Origin: Mobula hypostoma
Lineage: Eukaryota
Direction of reading: 5' to 3'
Assembly (NCBI RefSeq): GCF_963921235.1
Contig: NC_086097.1
Coordinates: forward strand, 77,874,001-77,938,000
DNA: 64,000 nucleotides
The notes beneath the pieces were generated by a model. The model was not told the DNA's origin. It searched no databases and worked only from the letters and a program-made list of their open reading frames with translations. A program made the translations under genes and the position numbers. Shown here one piece after another: positions 48,656 through 60,591 of this stretch (position 1 is the first letter of the stretch; the number at the start of each line of letters is the position of its first letter).

Positions 48656-49489
48656 ACTGCCTGACCTGCTGAGTATTTCCAGCATGTTCCATTCTTATTT
48701 CAGGCCTCAGATATCAGTCTTTCAGTGACCGCAGAAGCAGAGCACATTCGCGTTTCTTCCAAAGAGGAATGCAGGACTGTATTATGTCATCGGTTACCAT
48801 GTAACAGAAGGCCACATCAAGGCAAGCTAGAGAAAAGGTGTACATTTTCCCAGCCTTTAATAGTACCTCAGATGCTGAGTGACCTGCCAATAGCCAAAAT
48901 TGTTTATTTCATTCCTACTATTTCAGCTATAATCCAAATAGAAAATTATAGAAATGTTTAGCAGGCCGGGCAGCATCTGTGGAATCTGTAACTTCAAATA
49001 TTTAAGGTCAAAGACCCTTCCTCGGAACTGTTCAAGAATCTGCAATTTTTGTTTTCATTGTAACCTTGAAGCTAATTTGCATCAATCAATGTGAATAATA
49101 TCACGATAGGCTGCATATTTATGCAAAGAATGGTTAACATCTAGACCTCCTAGATGCATCTTACCACCTCTAACTCTCAAGCCAAGCCTAAGTGATAGAG
49201 CTGCAGTAACACTCAGACAGCTTCACACTATCCAGGACAGGCCACATCACGTAATCAGTATATTTATATCCACTTGTTCTTTCACTTCCATTCAATGGCT
49301 TCACACATGAGATTTAGAGATTATTCCAGTGGCAGCTGCCTCTTTACTACCTCTGTCATTGAAAATGACAAGCTCAGCTTCAAGTCAAATCCCATCCTGG
49401 AAAAGGGAATGTTTTGGCATCTCTTCATTGAAGTTAGGTCAGAATCCTGCATTTCTCCCAGCCCACACTTAGATTGCAAGGACTGTGGC

Positions 49490-51996
49490 AATGGTAAAGT
49501 TAAGAAACTGCATGGATGAAAAGAACCTGTTGGGAGTTACACAGGTGACTAAATAGTAGCAAAAGTGTGGAGGACAATTTACAAGAGATAGAAAAGGCAT
49601 GTAAGAAAGGCAATGTTGGGGTGCTCATAGAGGACTTCAATATGCAGGTAGACTGGGAAAATAAGATTGGTGCTGAATTGCAAAAGAAGGAATTTGTAGA
49701 ATACCTGTGAGATAGCTTTTTAGAGCAGCTTGTAGCTGAGCCCACTAGGGAAAAGCCATGTCTGGATTGGGTACTGTGCAATGAACCAGATTTGGTTAGG
49801 GAACTTAAGGTAAAGGAACTCTTAGGAGACAGTGGTCATAATAGAGTAGAATTCACCCTACAGCTGGAGAGGGAAAAGTTAAAATTGGATGTATCAGTAA
49901 AAGTAACTATGGGACATGAAGGAAGAGCTGGCCAAAATTGATTGTAAGAAGCCCTGGCAGGAATGATGGTAGAGCAGAAATGGCAGATGTTTCTGGAGGT
50001 AATTCAAAAGATACATGATAATTTCATCCAAAACAAGAAGTGGCATTCCAAACGGATGATGGGTCGGGGGGGGGGGGGTGATCTCAAAGACAGCATAAAA
50101 GCAAAAGAGAGGGTATAAAATATTGCAAAAAATTGGGAGGGTAGAGGATTGGAAAGATTTTAAAAATCAACAGAAAGCAATTATAAAACCAATAAATGAG
50201 GAAAATGAAATATGAAGTAAGGTAGAAAATAATTTAAAAGAGGACCCCTAAATCTTTTTCAGATACGAATATAAAGAATAAAAAAGATGCAAGAATGGAG
50301 ATAGGACCAAGTGAAAACTACACTAGAGAAGTAGTAATGAAAACAAAAAATGGTGGAGGTCTTCACTGTGGAAGACAGCAGCAATGTGCCAGAAATTTGA
50401 GAATCAGGATGGCAGCAGAAGTCAGAGTAGTTGCTATTACTAAGGAGAAGGTGCTTAGGAAGCTGAAAAATCTGAAGGTGTTTAAGTCACCTGGATTCAA
50501 TGGACTGCAATTTAGTGTTCTGAAAGAGGTATCTGAAAAAATTGTGGAGGCATTAGTAATAATCTTTCAAGAATCACCTGAGTTAGAAATGGTTCCAGAG
50601 GACTAGAAAATTGCAAATGTCACTCCACTTCCAAGAAAGGAGGGAGGAAATTATAGGCCAGTTAGCCTGAGTTCGGTAATTGGTGAGATTTTAGAGTCCA
50701 TTATTAAAGAATGGGTTTTCGGGAATTTGGATGCACATGATAAAGCAGGCCGAAATCAGTATGGCTTCCCTAAGCAGAGATCTTGCCTAACAACTCTGTT
50801 GAAGTTCTCTGAGGAAGAAATAGGTAGGATAGATAAAAGAGAACATACAGATATTGTTAACTTGGATTTTCAGAAGGCTTTTGACGAGGTGCCACATATG
50901 AGGCTGCTAAACAAGATAGGAGCCCACCATATTGCAGGAAAGGTACCAGCATGGATGGAAGATTGGTTAACTCACAGAAAACAAACAATGGGAATAAAAA
51001 TGGCCATTTCTGGTTGGTTGTCAGTGACTAGTAGAGTTCCACAGGAGTCTGTGTTGGGTGTACTACTTTTCATGATCTGCATGACAGAACTGATCTCTTT
51101 ATGGCCAAGTTTGTGGATGATACAAAGATAGGTAGAGGGACAGGTAGCGCTGAAGAAGTAGGGAGTCTGCAGAAGGATTTGGACAGGTTGGGAGAATGGG
51201 CAAAGAAGAGGCAGATACTGCAAAGGGAAATTTATGGTCATGAAATTTGGTAGAGGGTATAAAAGTGTATTCTATATTCTAAACATGCTGCGAATTCAGA
51301 AATTGAAGATGCAAAAGGACTTAGGAGTCCTAGTGCAGGATTCCTTAAAAGTTAACTTGCAATGTTAGTATTCCTTTCAAGAGGAGTAGAATATAGAAGC
51401 AGAAATGTAATGCTAATACCTTATGAAGTAAAGGTCAGACCGCATTAAGAGAGTTGTGAGCAGTTTTGGACCCATATCCAAGAAAAGATAGGCTGGTGTT
51501 GGAGAAGGCCCACAGGAGTATACAAGAATAATCTTGGGGATGAAAGGGTTAATATATGAGGGGCATTTTGAGGCTTCAGGCCTGTATTCATTGGAGTTTA
51601 GAAGGATGAGGAAGGATATCATTGCAATCTAATATTGTAAGGGGGTCTGAATTCAGTGGATGTACAGAGTATGTTTCCATTAGTGGAAGAGTCTAGGATC
51701 AGAAGGCACATCAGAATAAAAGGATGTCCCTTTAGAACAAAGATGAAGAGGAATTTCGTTAGCCAGAGGATGGTGAATCTGTGGAATTCATTGCTAAACG
51801 TAGCAGTAGAAGCAAAGTCATTGAGTATACTTAAAGTGGAGGTTGATAGGTTATTCATTAGTAAGTTCATCATAGGTTTACAAGAAGAAGACAGGAGAAT
51901 GGGGTTGAGAGGGAGTAATACATCAGCTTTGACCAGCTGGTGGAGCAGATTTGATGGGCTGAATGGCTTAATTCTACTCCCATGTCTCATGGTCTA
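49490..51996 (+). mobile_element. CR1 LINE ORF2 (APE endonuclease remnant + RT), degenerate
   Basis: DFNMQVDW, KSPGFNGL..VLKEV, NYRPVSL, LDFQKAFDEVPH, VPQESVLG, KFVDDTKIG and QRMVNLWNSL; CR1 3' hairpin. Confidence 0.9.
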
Positions 51997-53068
51997 ACAT
52001 CAGATGGTAGTTCAGAAATGTGACAGGTAGTAGTGGCTTTTGCAGCATTACTAATGTCATAGGTGAAAAATGAAGTCTATTTGAAAAAGAACAGTATATT
52101 TTCAGATTTTTTAAAGTTTAATTTTAATATTTCATGTTAACTATGTTGTGCTGTTTGGATATAATTAAGCTTAAAATCAAATCCAGTCATCCTTTTTTTC
52201 ACTTGGAGGTTTCACATTTAACAATAAATAGAGTGTGATAACATCCTGCTCTGGGATCACTAGATTTCATTTCATAACTCAAACAGAAAAGAAGGGAAAG
52301 TATTTCTGGTAATATTTGCCATCTTATCCTCATGGGTCACAAACATGAGAAAAAATGGCATTCAATGAATTCTGGATAAATTTGCTTCTAAATTCAAAGA
52401 AGTTCAGAAGAACAAGATAAACAAATACTTTGTGGAACTCTTTTTTAGCAGAAATGTTGGCACCACTGTTAGGACAGATTGAAAGCCTGGAATTATGCTG
52501 CTTTGTCTTTTTGGAACAGATGGCTATTTTACAAAGTACTTTTTTTGGAAGACTTAACTGTGACAATTCACTTTCTAATCAAATCGATCATTTTATACTT
52601 TCTTCTTGCTTGTTAACAAGAGGATAGATTTATTATTGCCCCAAGTTCATTAAGGGTTAATCCAACCCAATGAAAAGGAGGTGTGCATCAGCCAAAAGGG
52701 TGAGACTGAGACCCTTTCATTTCTAAATGACATGAACAGAACAACAGAACAAATAACTTTTTTAAAACAATTCAACAGATATCTTGGATTTTTTTATATC
52801 TATTTGGCATTAACTCATAATTTGGTATATTTAATTAGTTTAATTTCACAAGCAAACTAGAATGTGAGAGAGGTTGTGTATTATCATGTCCTCAACTGAT
52901 TAGGGAAGGTTCAATAAACATTCAAATTGTCCAGAGAATATTTTTGTTCAATTGCTTTACTATAAAAATGCTCAGTACACATCAGTCATAACCGAAACCC
53001 AGTTGGCAGCATTCATACCTCTCAGTAAGCAGATTAATGGATTCAGTCTCCCCCTAACCCCCCCCCCA

Positions 53069-53096
53069 AACACACACACACACACACACACACACA
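53069..53096. repeat. (CA)n microsatellite
   Basis: ~13 consecutive CA units. Confidence 0.95.
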
Positions 53097-53180
53097 GTGC
53101 TGTACAGGTGGAGGTTTTGCTTTCTGATGAAATGTTAAAGCAAGTCTTCATCCCCTTTCTCAGGTAAATGTAAAAGCTCA
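53095..53180 (+). mobile_element. Ancient Deu-domain SINE relic (AmnSINE/SacSINE-like)
   Basis: cagtgctgtacaggtggagg..ctttctgatgaaatgttaaa...tctcaggtaaatgtaaaag resembles the Deu domain as I recall it; not database-checked. Confidence 0.45.
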
Positions 53181-53820
53181 GAGGTTCTTACAACACAACC
53201 ATTCCCCAAAGTACTTCATTGGTTGCAGAGTGCTTTGAGTTTTCTTGAAAAGGATGTGATGGCATGGTCTTTCTTTATGCCAGTGATGGTAGCAACAGCA
53301 CTCACTGCATTTTTCTGTTTGCCTTGTTGAATAACAAAAATTGCAATTGCTCTGCAATCACTCGATCTGTGCTTCCTCACTTCGTTGCTTTTTTGTTTAT
53401 CATTTTAAAGATTACACAGCACACTTGCATTTTAATTAAAAATTACTGAATCAGAATCAGGTTTAATATCACCAGCATTGTTGTGAAATTTATTGTCTTT
53501 GCAGCAGCAGTACAATGCAATACATAACAATAAAAAAGCACAGTAAGTATATATACTGTATATTAAATAGTTAAATTAAATAAGTCATGCAAAAACAGAA
53601 ATTTAAAAAGTAGTGAGGTAGTGTTCATGTTGTCAATGTCCATTCAGAAGTCAGATCGCAGGGGGAAGCTGTCCCTGAATCACTGAGTGTGTGCCTTCAG
53701 GCTTCTGTACCTCCTTCCTGATGGTAGCATTGAGAACAAGGCATGACCTGGGTGATAGAGCTCCTTAAAGATGAACGTTTCCTTTTTGAGACTTCACGCT
53801 TTGAAGATGTCCTGTACACT

Positions 53821-53979
53821 ACACGCACAACACGCTGGAGGAACTCAGCAGGTCGGGCAGCATCTGTGGAAACGAACAGTCAACATTTTGGGCTGAGACC
53901 CTTCGTCAGGACCCAATGAGTTCCTCCAGCGTGTTGTGCATGTTGCTTTGACCCCAGCATCTGCAGAGTATTTTGTGTT
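53821..53979. mobile_element. Short fold-back PLE-derived element carrying a hammerhead
   Basis: Arms gcacaacacgctggaggaactca / tgagttcctccagcgtgttgtgc; inserted in Rex1. Confidence 0.8.
53877..53912 (-). ncRNA. Minimal hammerhead ribozyme motif (degenerate)
   Basis: Minus strand gtc-CTGACGA-a-gggt ctca gccc-AAAA-tgTT-gactg. CUGACGA and stem II are intact; differences from the 1974 copy fall at CpG positions. Confidence 0.72.
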
Positions 53980-56402
53980 CCCAAATACTACGGAGGCTAA
54001 TGACTATGATGGAGCTGACTTTCTGCAGCTTATTTTGTTCCTGTGCAGTAGCCCTAGCCCCCATACCAGACAGTGATGCAGCCAGTTAGAATGCACTCCG
54101 TAGTACATCTGGAGAAGTTATTGTGCGCTTTAGGTGACACACCAAATCTCCTCAAATTCCTAATGAAGCTGCTGTCTTGCCTTCTTTGTAGCTGCATCAA
54201 TATGTTGGGTCCAGGTTAGATTCTCAGAGATATTGAAACACGAGAGCTTGAAATTGCTCAGTCTTTCCACTTCCAACCCTCTAGGAGGACTGGTGTGTGT
54301 TCCTTTGTCTTACCCTTTCTCAAGTCCACAATCAATTCTTTGGTTTTACTGACAACGAGTGCAAGGTTGTTGCTGCGACATCACTCAACTAGCTGACATA
54401 TCTCGCTCCTGCACGCTCTCTCATCATCTGAAATTCTGCTAACAATGTTGTATTGTCAGCAAATTTATAGATGACACTTGAGCTGTGCCTAGCCACACAT
54501 TCATGGGTGTAGCGAGAGTAGAGCAGCGGGATAAGCACACATCCCTGAGGTGCACCAGTGTAGATTGTCAGCAAGGTGGAGATGTTATTTCCAATCCACA
54601 CAGGTTGTGGTTTTCCAGTTAGGAAGTCAAGGATCTAGATGCAGAGGCCCAGCTTCTGAGCTTTTTGATCAAAACTGTAGGAATAATTGTGTTAAACGCT
54701 GAGCTGTAGTTAATAAACAGCGTCCTAACATAGTTAGTTGTATTGTCTAGGTGATCCAAGGCCTGTGAAGAACCGCTATAGACCTATTGTGGCAATAGGC
54801 AAATTGCATTGGATTCAGGTCCTTGCTGAGGCAGAAGTTAATTCTAGCCTTAACTGACCTCTCAGAGCACTTGATAACTTATGTGAGTGTTACTGGATGG
54901 TAGTCATTACAGCAGTTCACCCTGCTCTTCTTGGGCACAGGTACGATTGCTTCCTTTTTGAATCAAGTGGGAACTCCCAAATGTAGCAATGAAAGATTGA
55001 AAGTGTCTTTGAACACCCCCACCACTTGGTTCGCACAGATTTTCAGAGTCCTTCCAGGTACACCACTGGGGCCTGTCGCCTTACGAGGATTTACCCTTGT
55101 GAAAAGCAGCCTGACATTGGCTTCCAAGACAGAGATCACAGGATCACCGGATACTGCAGGGATCCTGTTAGCTGTAGTTTTATTCTTCCTTTCAAAGTGT
55201 ACATAAAAGACATTGAACTCTTCTGGGAGGGAAGCATCACTGCCATTCATAATGTTAGCTTTTGCTTTGTTGGAAATACTGGCCTGCAAACCCTGCCAGA
55301 GCTGACATGCATCCGATTCCACTTCCAACCTCATTCAGAATTGTTCCTTTGATCTTCAGACAGCCTTCTACAAGTCATGTCTCGTTTTCTTGTACAAACC
55401 CAGCTCACCAGACTTGAATGCCACAGATATAGCCCTCAGCACACCACGAACCTCCTGGTTCATCCATGGCTTCCGATTTGAGTCTGTACAATAAGTTCTT
55501 GTAGGCACACTCTCATCCACACAGGTTTTAATGAAGTCAGTGATAGCTGTGACATAGTCATGCAGACTCAAAGATGAATTCCTAAATGCAGTCCAGTCCA
55601 CCGATTCAAAGCAGTCCTGTAGGTGCTCCTGCACCTCCCTTGTCTATACCTTCTTGGTCTTCACTACTGGTGCTGCAGTTTTCAGTCTCTGCCTATACTC
55701 AGGGAGTAGAAATACAGCCAGGTGATCAGACATTCCAAAGTGTGGGCATGGGAAAGCATGGTAAGCACTCTTGATGGTGGTGTAACAATGGTCCAGTGAG
55801 TTGGCTCAGCTGGTATTACAAGTGATTTCTTTGTAATAATTATTTAGAGACTTTTTCAAGCTTGCTTGGTTAAGGGGGAAGGCATCAGGATGTGCTGTTG
55901 ATTATATTGCTCAGTTCATCTAGAGCATGCTTTACACTGGCTTGAGCTGGGATGTACACCACTGCCAAGATGATTGCTGAAATATCCTGCGGCAGATAAA
56001 ATAGACGACGCTTGATCACGAGGTGCTCCAGGTCTGGTGAATAGGACTGGGACAGAAATTGCCTTCTGCTTTCAATGTTAATTCATGCATAATATGTTAA
56101 TTCATGCATAATATTTTGGCGCATTGTACAATATTAAAGAAAACAGGAGGCCAGACCTTCATTTTCCACAGTTTAGCAATACTGTACATCACACATGGAT
56201 CATGAACAGATGTGTTAACTGATGAGTTCTACTGAGGAATCTTGATCAGATGGATTATGCAAGATCCCACTCCACATTTATTTTAGAGAGTGATTCATTT
56301 TAAAACAAAGCTGTATAACTTCTTCTACATAAATTATTAATCTTCCAGACCTATTGTATATATTGTTGGTTATAAAGGCAGTTCCCCCTCATGTGTTCAT
56401 CT

Positions 56403-57304
56403 TGTTACGTACCCTGTAACTGGGTTGCCAAACCAGCAGAAATGGATCACTCAGTTGGAGTCTGGATTACTAGAACTAAGAAAATTTTATTAAAGAAACA
56501 AGCAACACAGTACTCTAATCAAAGGATAATAAATGCAACAGTTCAGCAATGATAAACACACATGTACACAGAATTAAGATAACAGGATCAATCAAGCTCT
56601 ATCGTTGTCTAGGGGTAAATGACCAGTTTCAAAGTGACGCAAAGTTCAGTTCAATTTAGTTCAGTTCAGTTTGCAGTAATTGCTGCCGTGGGAGATGGAC
56701 AGTAGGGGGAAAGAGAGAGAGAGCAAAATGAATGAATATTCAAATGTCTTCCACACACAGACCTTCAATATTCTTCACAGTCAGCTTTCGTGTGAGCCCT
56801 TTGTGATGTCATTTGAGGTCACCGACCGTGACCCCTCCGTTTCCAGATATGATCGTTTCTCTGCGGTGAACCTGGCACCCAGGCAAGGGCGGACACACAC
56901 CAGGTTCCCGCCGATCATGTCTTTCCACCCTGTACGTCTTTGGCTTGAATCCGTGACCAGCCATCCAAAACTTCCCACCAACTTGTGGGAGACGCATCGC
57001 TTCCAGGGTCTCGTTACCTCGGGGTGTCGTGTGTGTCCTGCTTTAGCGAACCTGTCCCTTTTTATCCCCCTGCTGGGGTATCGCCTGTCCATCACTTTAA
57101 ACAGTTCAGGGTTTAAAGGGGGAGCCGATCTTGACAGCTCTCCTTCCATTAGACTCTCCCGTCCCTTCATTAACATCTCCAAGTGCAGCTCTATTGTTTT
57201 CCTTATCTCTCTCTCTCCTGAAGACAGGTGGCAGACCAACTGCTGATCCCACTGGTGCCAGCCCAGGCCAGCTAACATCGTAATTTATGTGTATTCTCGT
57301 CACA
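56403..57304 (-). repeat. 3' LTR (902 bp)
   Basis: Direct repeat of 60592-61476. AATAAA on the minus strand at 56486-56491. Confidence 0.95.
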
Positions 57305-57317
57305 CTTCCCACCTTTA
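57305..57317 (-). promoter_or_regulatory. Polypurine tract
   Basis: Minus strand taaaggtgggaag directly precedes the 3' LTR. Confidence 0.8.
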
Positions 57318-57419
57318 AGGATTTTTACCGGGGTAAAAATTACAAACATGAATACATTATTTGATACACACAAATATACATCTTTATCAGCTATTTGGCT
57401 AATACAGCGAATTTGAAGT

Positions 57420-58555
57420 TGTCAACACCTGACAGACAGTCAGCCATCACATTTTCTGTTCCTTTTATATGTGTTATTAATAATCCCTTAGACCAGGCTC
57501 CAACTTAGCAAACTTCGTAGTGGCCAAAAACACTGATGAATTGCGATCAATGTAACCTCTCATTGGGGTTTGTCCTGGACCACAATAACAAGGGTCGTCC
57601 CATTCCGACTTAGTTTTCTCTCGCAAGGGCTTAGTAGGAGGGGGAGGGGTAGTAACCGCAGAGTTATTGCAAAACCTCCTACAGTACCCCACCATCTCCA
57701 AGAGCCTTCTGAGGGCCCTCTTGTCTGTCGGGGTTGGGATGTCAGAGATACCCGCACTTTAGCTTGCATCGCTGCCAGCTGCCCCTGTTTCACCACAATT
57801 CCCAGGTAAGTGACCTTCGTGTGGCCGAACTCATTTTTTTCAAGGTTCACTATCAAGCTGGCTTCAGACAGCCGTATTACATCGCCAATACACACCTCTG
57901 TGTTCGTCAGCCCTTTCGTCACTGAATTACTCATTCTATAGGACTGATGCTCGCTAGGCTAGCCTAGTGTAACAAACACCACCCAACATCCCAGTTCTTT
58001 GCATTGCCTCGGGACAATCAAACACACGTGTGCGAGTCGTTTAATTACTTCTCCTAAAGAGTCGCTTTGTTCGGGGATTAAGGGAGAGACCTTATCAGCA
58101 GAGCTGGCCAAAACAATAGCCTTCTCCCATCTGGTCGATACCATACTCATCTTTTCAAAATGGTTTTTTTCTCTTATCAGGGGGACCCTAGCTTCATTGA
58201 TTTCCACGCTAACACCGACTAGGTTTGTTAGCATATCAAAAGCCTGTGACCGTCTCAGTTCGCGTCGGCCATAATCAATAACATCCTTCCTCCGGTGCAG
58301 CCGGTAAACTTCTTTCATGATTCCACCAATTGTTTCCTCCAGCACCTCAAAATGTCAACCGAGGGGTACCTTGTGGGCCAGGTTAAAAATATCATCCCCA
58401 TAACTCTTTTGCACCACCCCCCATTCCTCATCTGCGGGTACGGTACTTGGTCTCCCTTTCTTCCTTAGCACTTCCTCCTCCACACAATAGCCTACTAGTT
58501 CCCTTGTTAATTCTGTGTCAGAGAGAGCTGTCTCCGCCCAAACCATCAGCCCCTC
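57420..58555 (-). pseudogene. pol: Mosaic of pol remnants: integrase zinc-binding N-terminus, RT core/thumb, RNase H C-terminus
   Basis: IFNLAHKVPLG*H (INT); EVCIGDVI..RLSEASLIVNLEKNEFGHTKVTYLG (RT, YIDD degenerated); RFLEMVGYCRRFC; HIKGTENVMADCLS (RH end). Stops and frameshifts throughout. Confidence 0.85.
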
Positions 58556-58558
58556 GTC

Positions 58559-60492
58559 TCACTCCTGCGCCTGCACAAATTCTTTCCTGGTTAATGCTAA
58601 GTCTGTCTCAGCTCCCTCACTACCTCTTGTTTCACTACACTCCTTCTTTTCACTTTCTACCCCCTTCTCGTACAAGGCTGGCAGAAACGTCTCAGCTAAA
58701 TTTACTACCGCAGTCCCGTGATGAACCTGTGAGTCCATGGGCAGGGCCTCAATGCTGGCAGGCTGACCTGTCAATCTCACAGCTGGGAACACGATTCCCC
58801 CGGCCAGGTCATTACCGAGCAAAACTTCCACGCCTTTCATCGGTAATTCGGGCCTCACCCCGATCGTGACTAGTCCAGAGACCAGGTTGCTTTGTAAGTG
58901 TATCTGGTGCAAAGGGACTGCCTCTGTCCCTTCCCCAATACCTTTGACCTTGACCTCCCCAGTCTGGGTCTCTGAGCTAAACTCTAATACACTCTTCAGT
59001 ATCAGTGACTGACATGCTCCCGTGTCTCTCCAGATCTGCACTGGAACTGGTTTTAACCCCTCCTTCACTGACACCAATCCGGCCGAGATAAACCTCTCGC
59101 ACCCTTCCTGAACTTTGGCAGACCTGTCCTTTCCTAGCGGTTCGTTTACCAGCTCGATACAGCCAGTCAAAATCGCCGTTTTTCCTTTTCCCGTCTCCTT
59201 CTTTGGGGCAAAGCACCTGGACGCAAAGTGTCCGACTTTCCCGCAATTATAACAGACGACCCCAGGAGACTTCCTACCAGACTGCTCCCGGTCTACCTTA
59301 TCCTTCTCACTAGTCCCCGGCTTACTTTCTGACTTTTCTGGTGGACTCTCCCCGCCGTCCTGACTACCCTTCTGGTAGCCTTTACTCGGGGCAAACTTCA
59401 TTTTATGCGTCAACGCATACTCATCCGCTAACTTAGCAGTTGCGGCTAACATGGCTGCCTCTTTCTCATCCAGGTAGGATCTCATACCCTCAGGGACACA
59501 ACCTTTAAACTGCTCAATCAGGATCAGCTGTAGCAGTCTGCCATAATCCCCCTCTACCCCCTTCGAGGTGCACCAACGCTCACAATATGTCTGCATCTCA
59601 CGGGCAAACTCTAAATACATGCGGTCCCACTGCTTCCTCGCATTCCGGAACCTCTGCCGGTATACCTCCGGGACCAACTCATAAATCCTGACGATGGCCT
59701 CTCTCACCACCTCATACCTCTGGGCATGTTCCGTGGACAAAGCTGAGTAAGCTTGTTGGGCTTTTCCTTTCAGTACACTCTGAAGCAAAACAGCCCACTT
59801 ATCCCTCAGCCAGTCCTGACTTGTAGCAACTTTTTTGAAATGGGGAAAGTACCGATCCATGTCGGTATAGTCAAATGGGGGAACTAGCCTAACCTCCTGG
59901 GTCGCCCGGAACCCTCCACCTTGGTTCGGCATGGGCCCCTGCTCTGCCCTTATCCTTAACTTCTCCAGCTCAAATTCCCTTTCCCTCTGTTTCTCCTCTC
60001 GCTCCAACTGTCTCTCTCTCTCTCTCTCCTGCCTTTCTAACTCTCCCTCCTGCCTTTCTAACTCTTTCTCTTTCTCCTGCCTTTCTGTTTCTCTTTCTCC
60101 CGCCTTTCTAATTCTCTCTCTTTCTCCTGCCTTTCTAATTCTCTCTCTTTCTCCTGCCTTTCTAACTCTCTCTCTTTCTCCCGCCTTTCTAACTGTTTCT
60201 CTTCGTGTTCTAACTGCCGTACCCGGAACTCGTGCTCGAGTCTCAGTTTTTCAAGCCGCACCTGTACCGCATCTCCAGCAGGTTTTTCAATAGACACCAC
60301 CTCCAGCTCGTCTTGGGGAAACACACCTTTTGATACATAGTGCTCTACGATAGCTCTGTGTATCTCCTCTCTCCTCATTGTCGACTTCCCCTTAGCAAGA
60401 TTCAACCGTTTGGCCACAGCTACCAATTCCGTTTTCCTGGCATCCTCTAATGCCTCCAAGGTCGGCGCCTTTATAAATTCCTCAACCTCCAT
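58559..60492 (-). pseudogene. gag: gag-protease polyprotein with one frameshift in an internal tandem repeat
   Basis: ATG at 60492, coiled-coil repeat, SCAN-like capsid segment LILIEQFKGCVPEGMRSYLDEKE, knuckle CYNCGKVGHFASRC and protease IWRDTGACQS...LLGND. 482 codons are open downstream of the shift. Confidence 0.92.
60005..60200. repeat. 27-bp coding tandem repeat (ERELERQEK)
   Basis: gcctttct recurs at 60031, 60052, 60079, 60102, 60129, 60156 and 60183 (spacing 21, 27, 23, 27, 27, 27). Confidence 0.92.
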
Positions 60493-60569
60493 TTCTGCTG
60501 TTTGTCTTTTCTTTCTTTCGGGAATTTTGACCCAATCAATTTACTCCATCCCAAATTTAGCATTCAAAA

Positions 60570-60587
60570 TTGCGGACGAGAACCCCA
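60570..60587 (-). promoter_or_regulatory. Primer-binding site, tRNA-Pro-like
   Basis: Minus strand tggggttctcgtccgcaa lies 4 nt after the 5' LTR and resembles the tRNA-Pro complement TGGGGGCTCGTCCGGGAT with mismatches. Confidence 0.75.
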
Positions 60588-60591
60588 CTTA

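Larger units (their letters stand above)
53448..56050 (-). mobile_element. Rex1/Babar-type LINE (EN remnant to 3' tail), with nested PLE repeat 53821-53979
   Basis: LQDCFESVDW, KPWMNQEV, KATGPSGVPGRTLKICANQVVGVFKDTFNLSL and [15 protein letters not shown]; (TCTGAT)n tail at ~53448. Confidence 0.9.
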
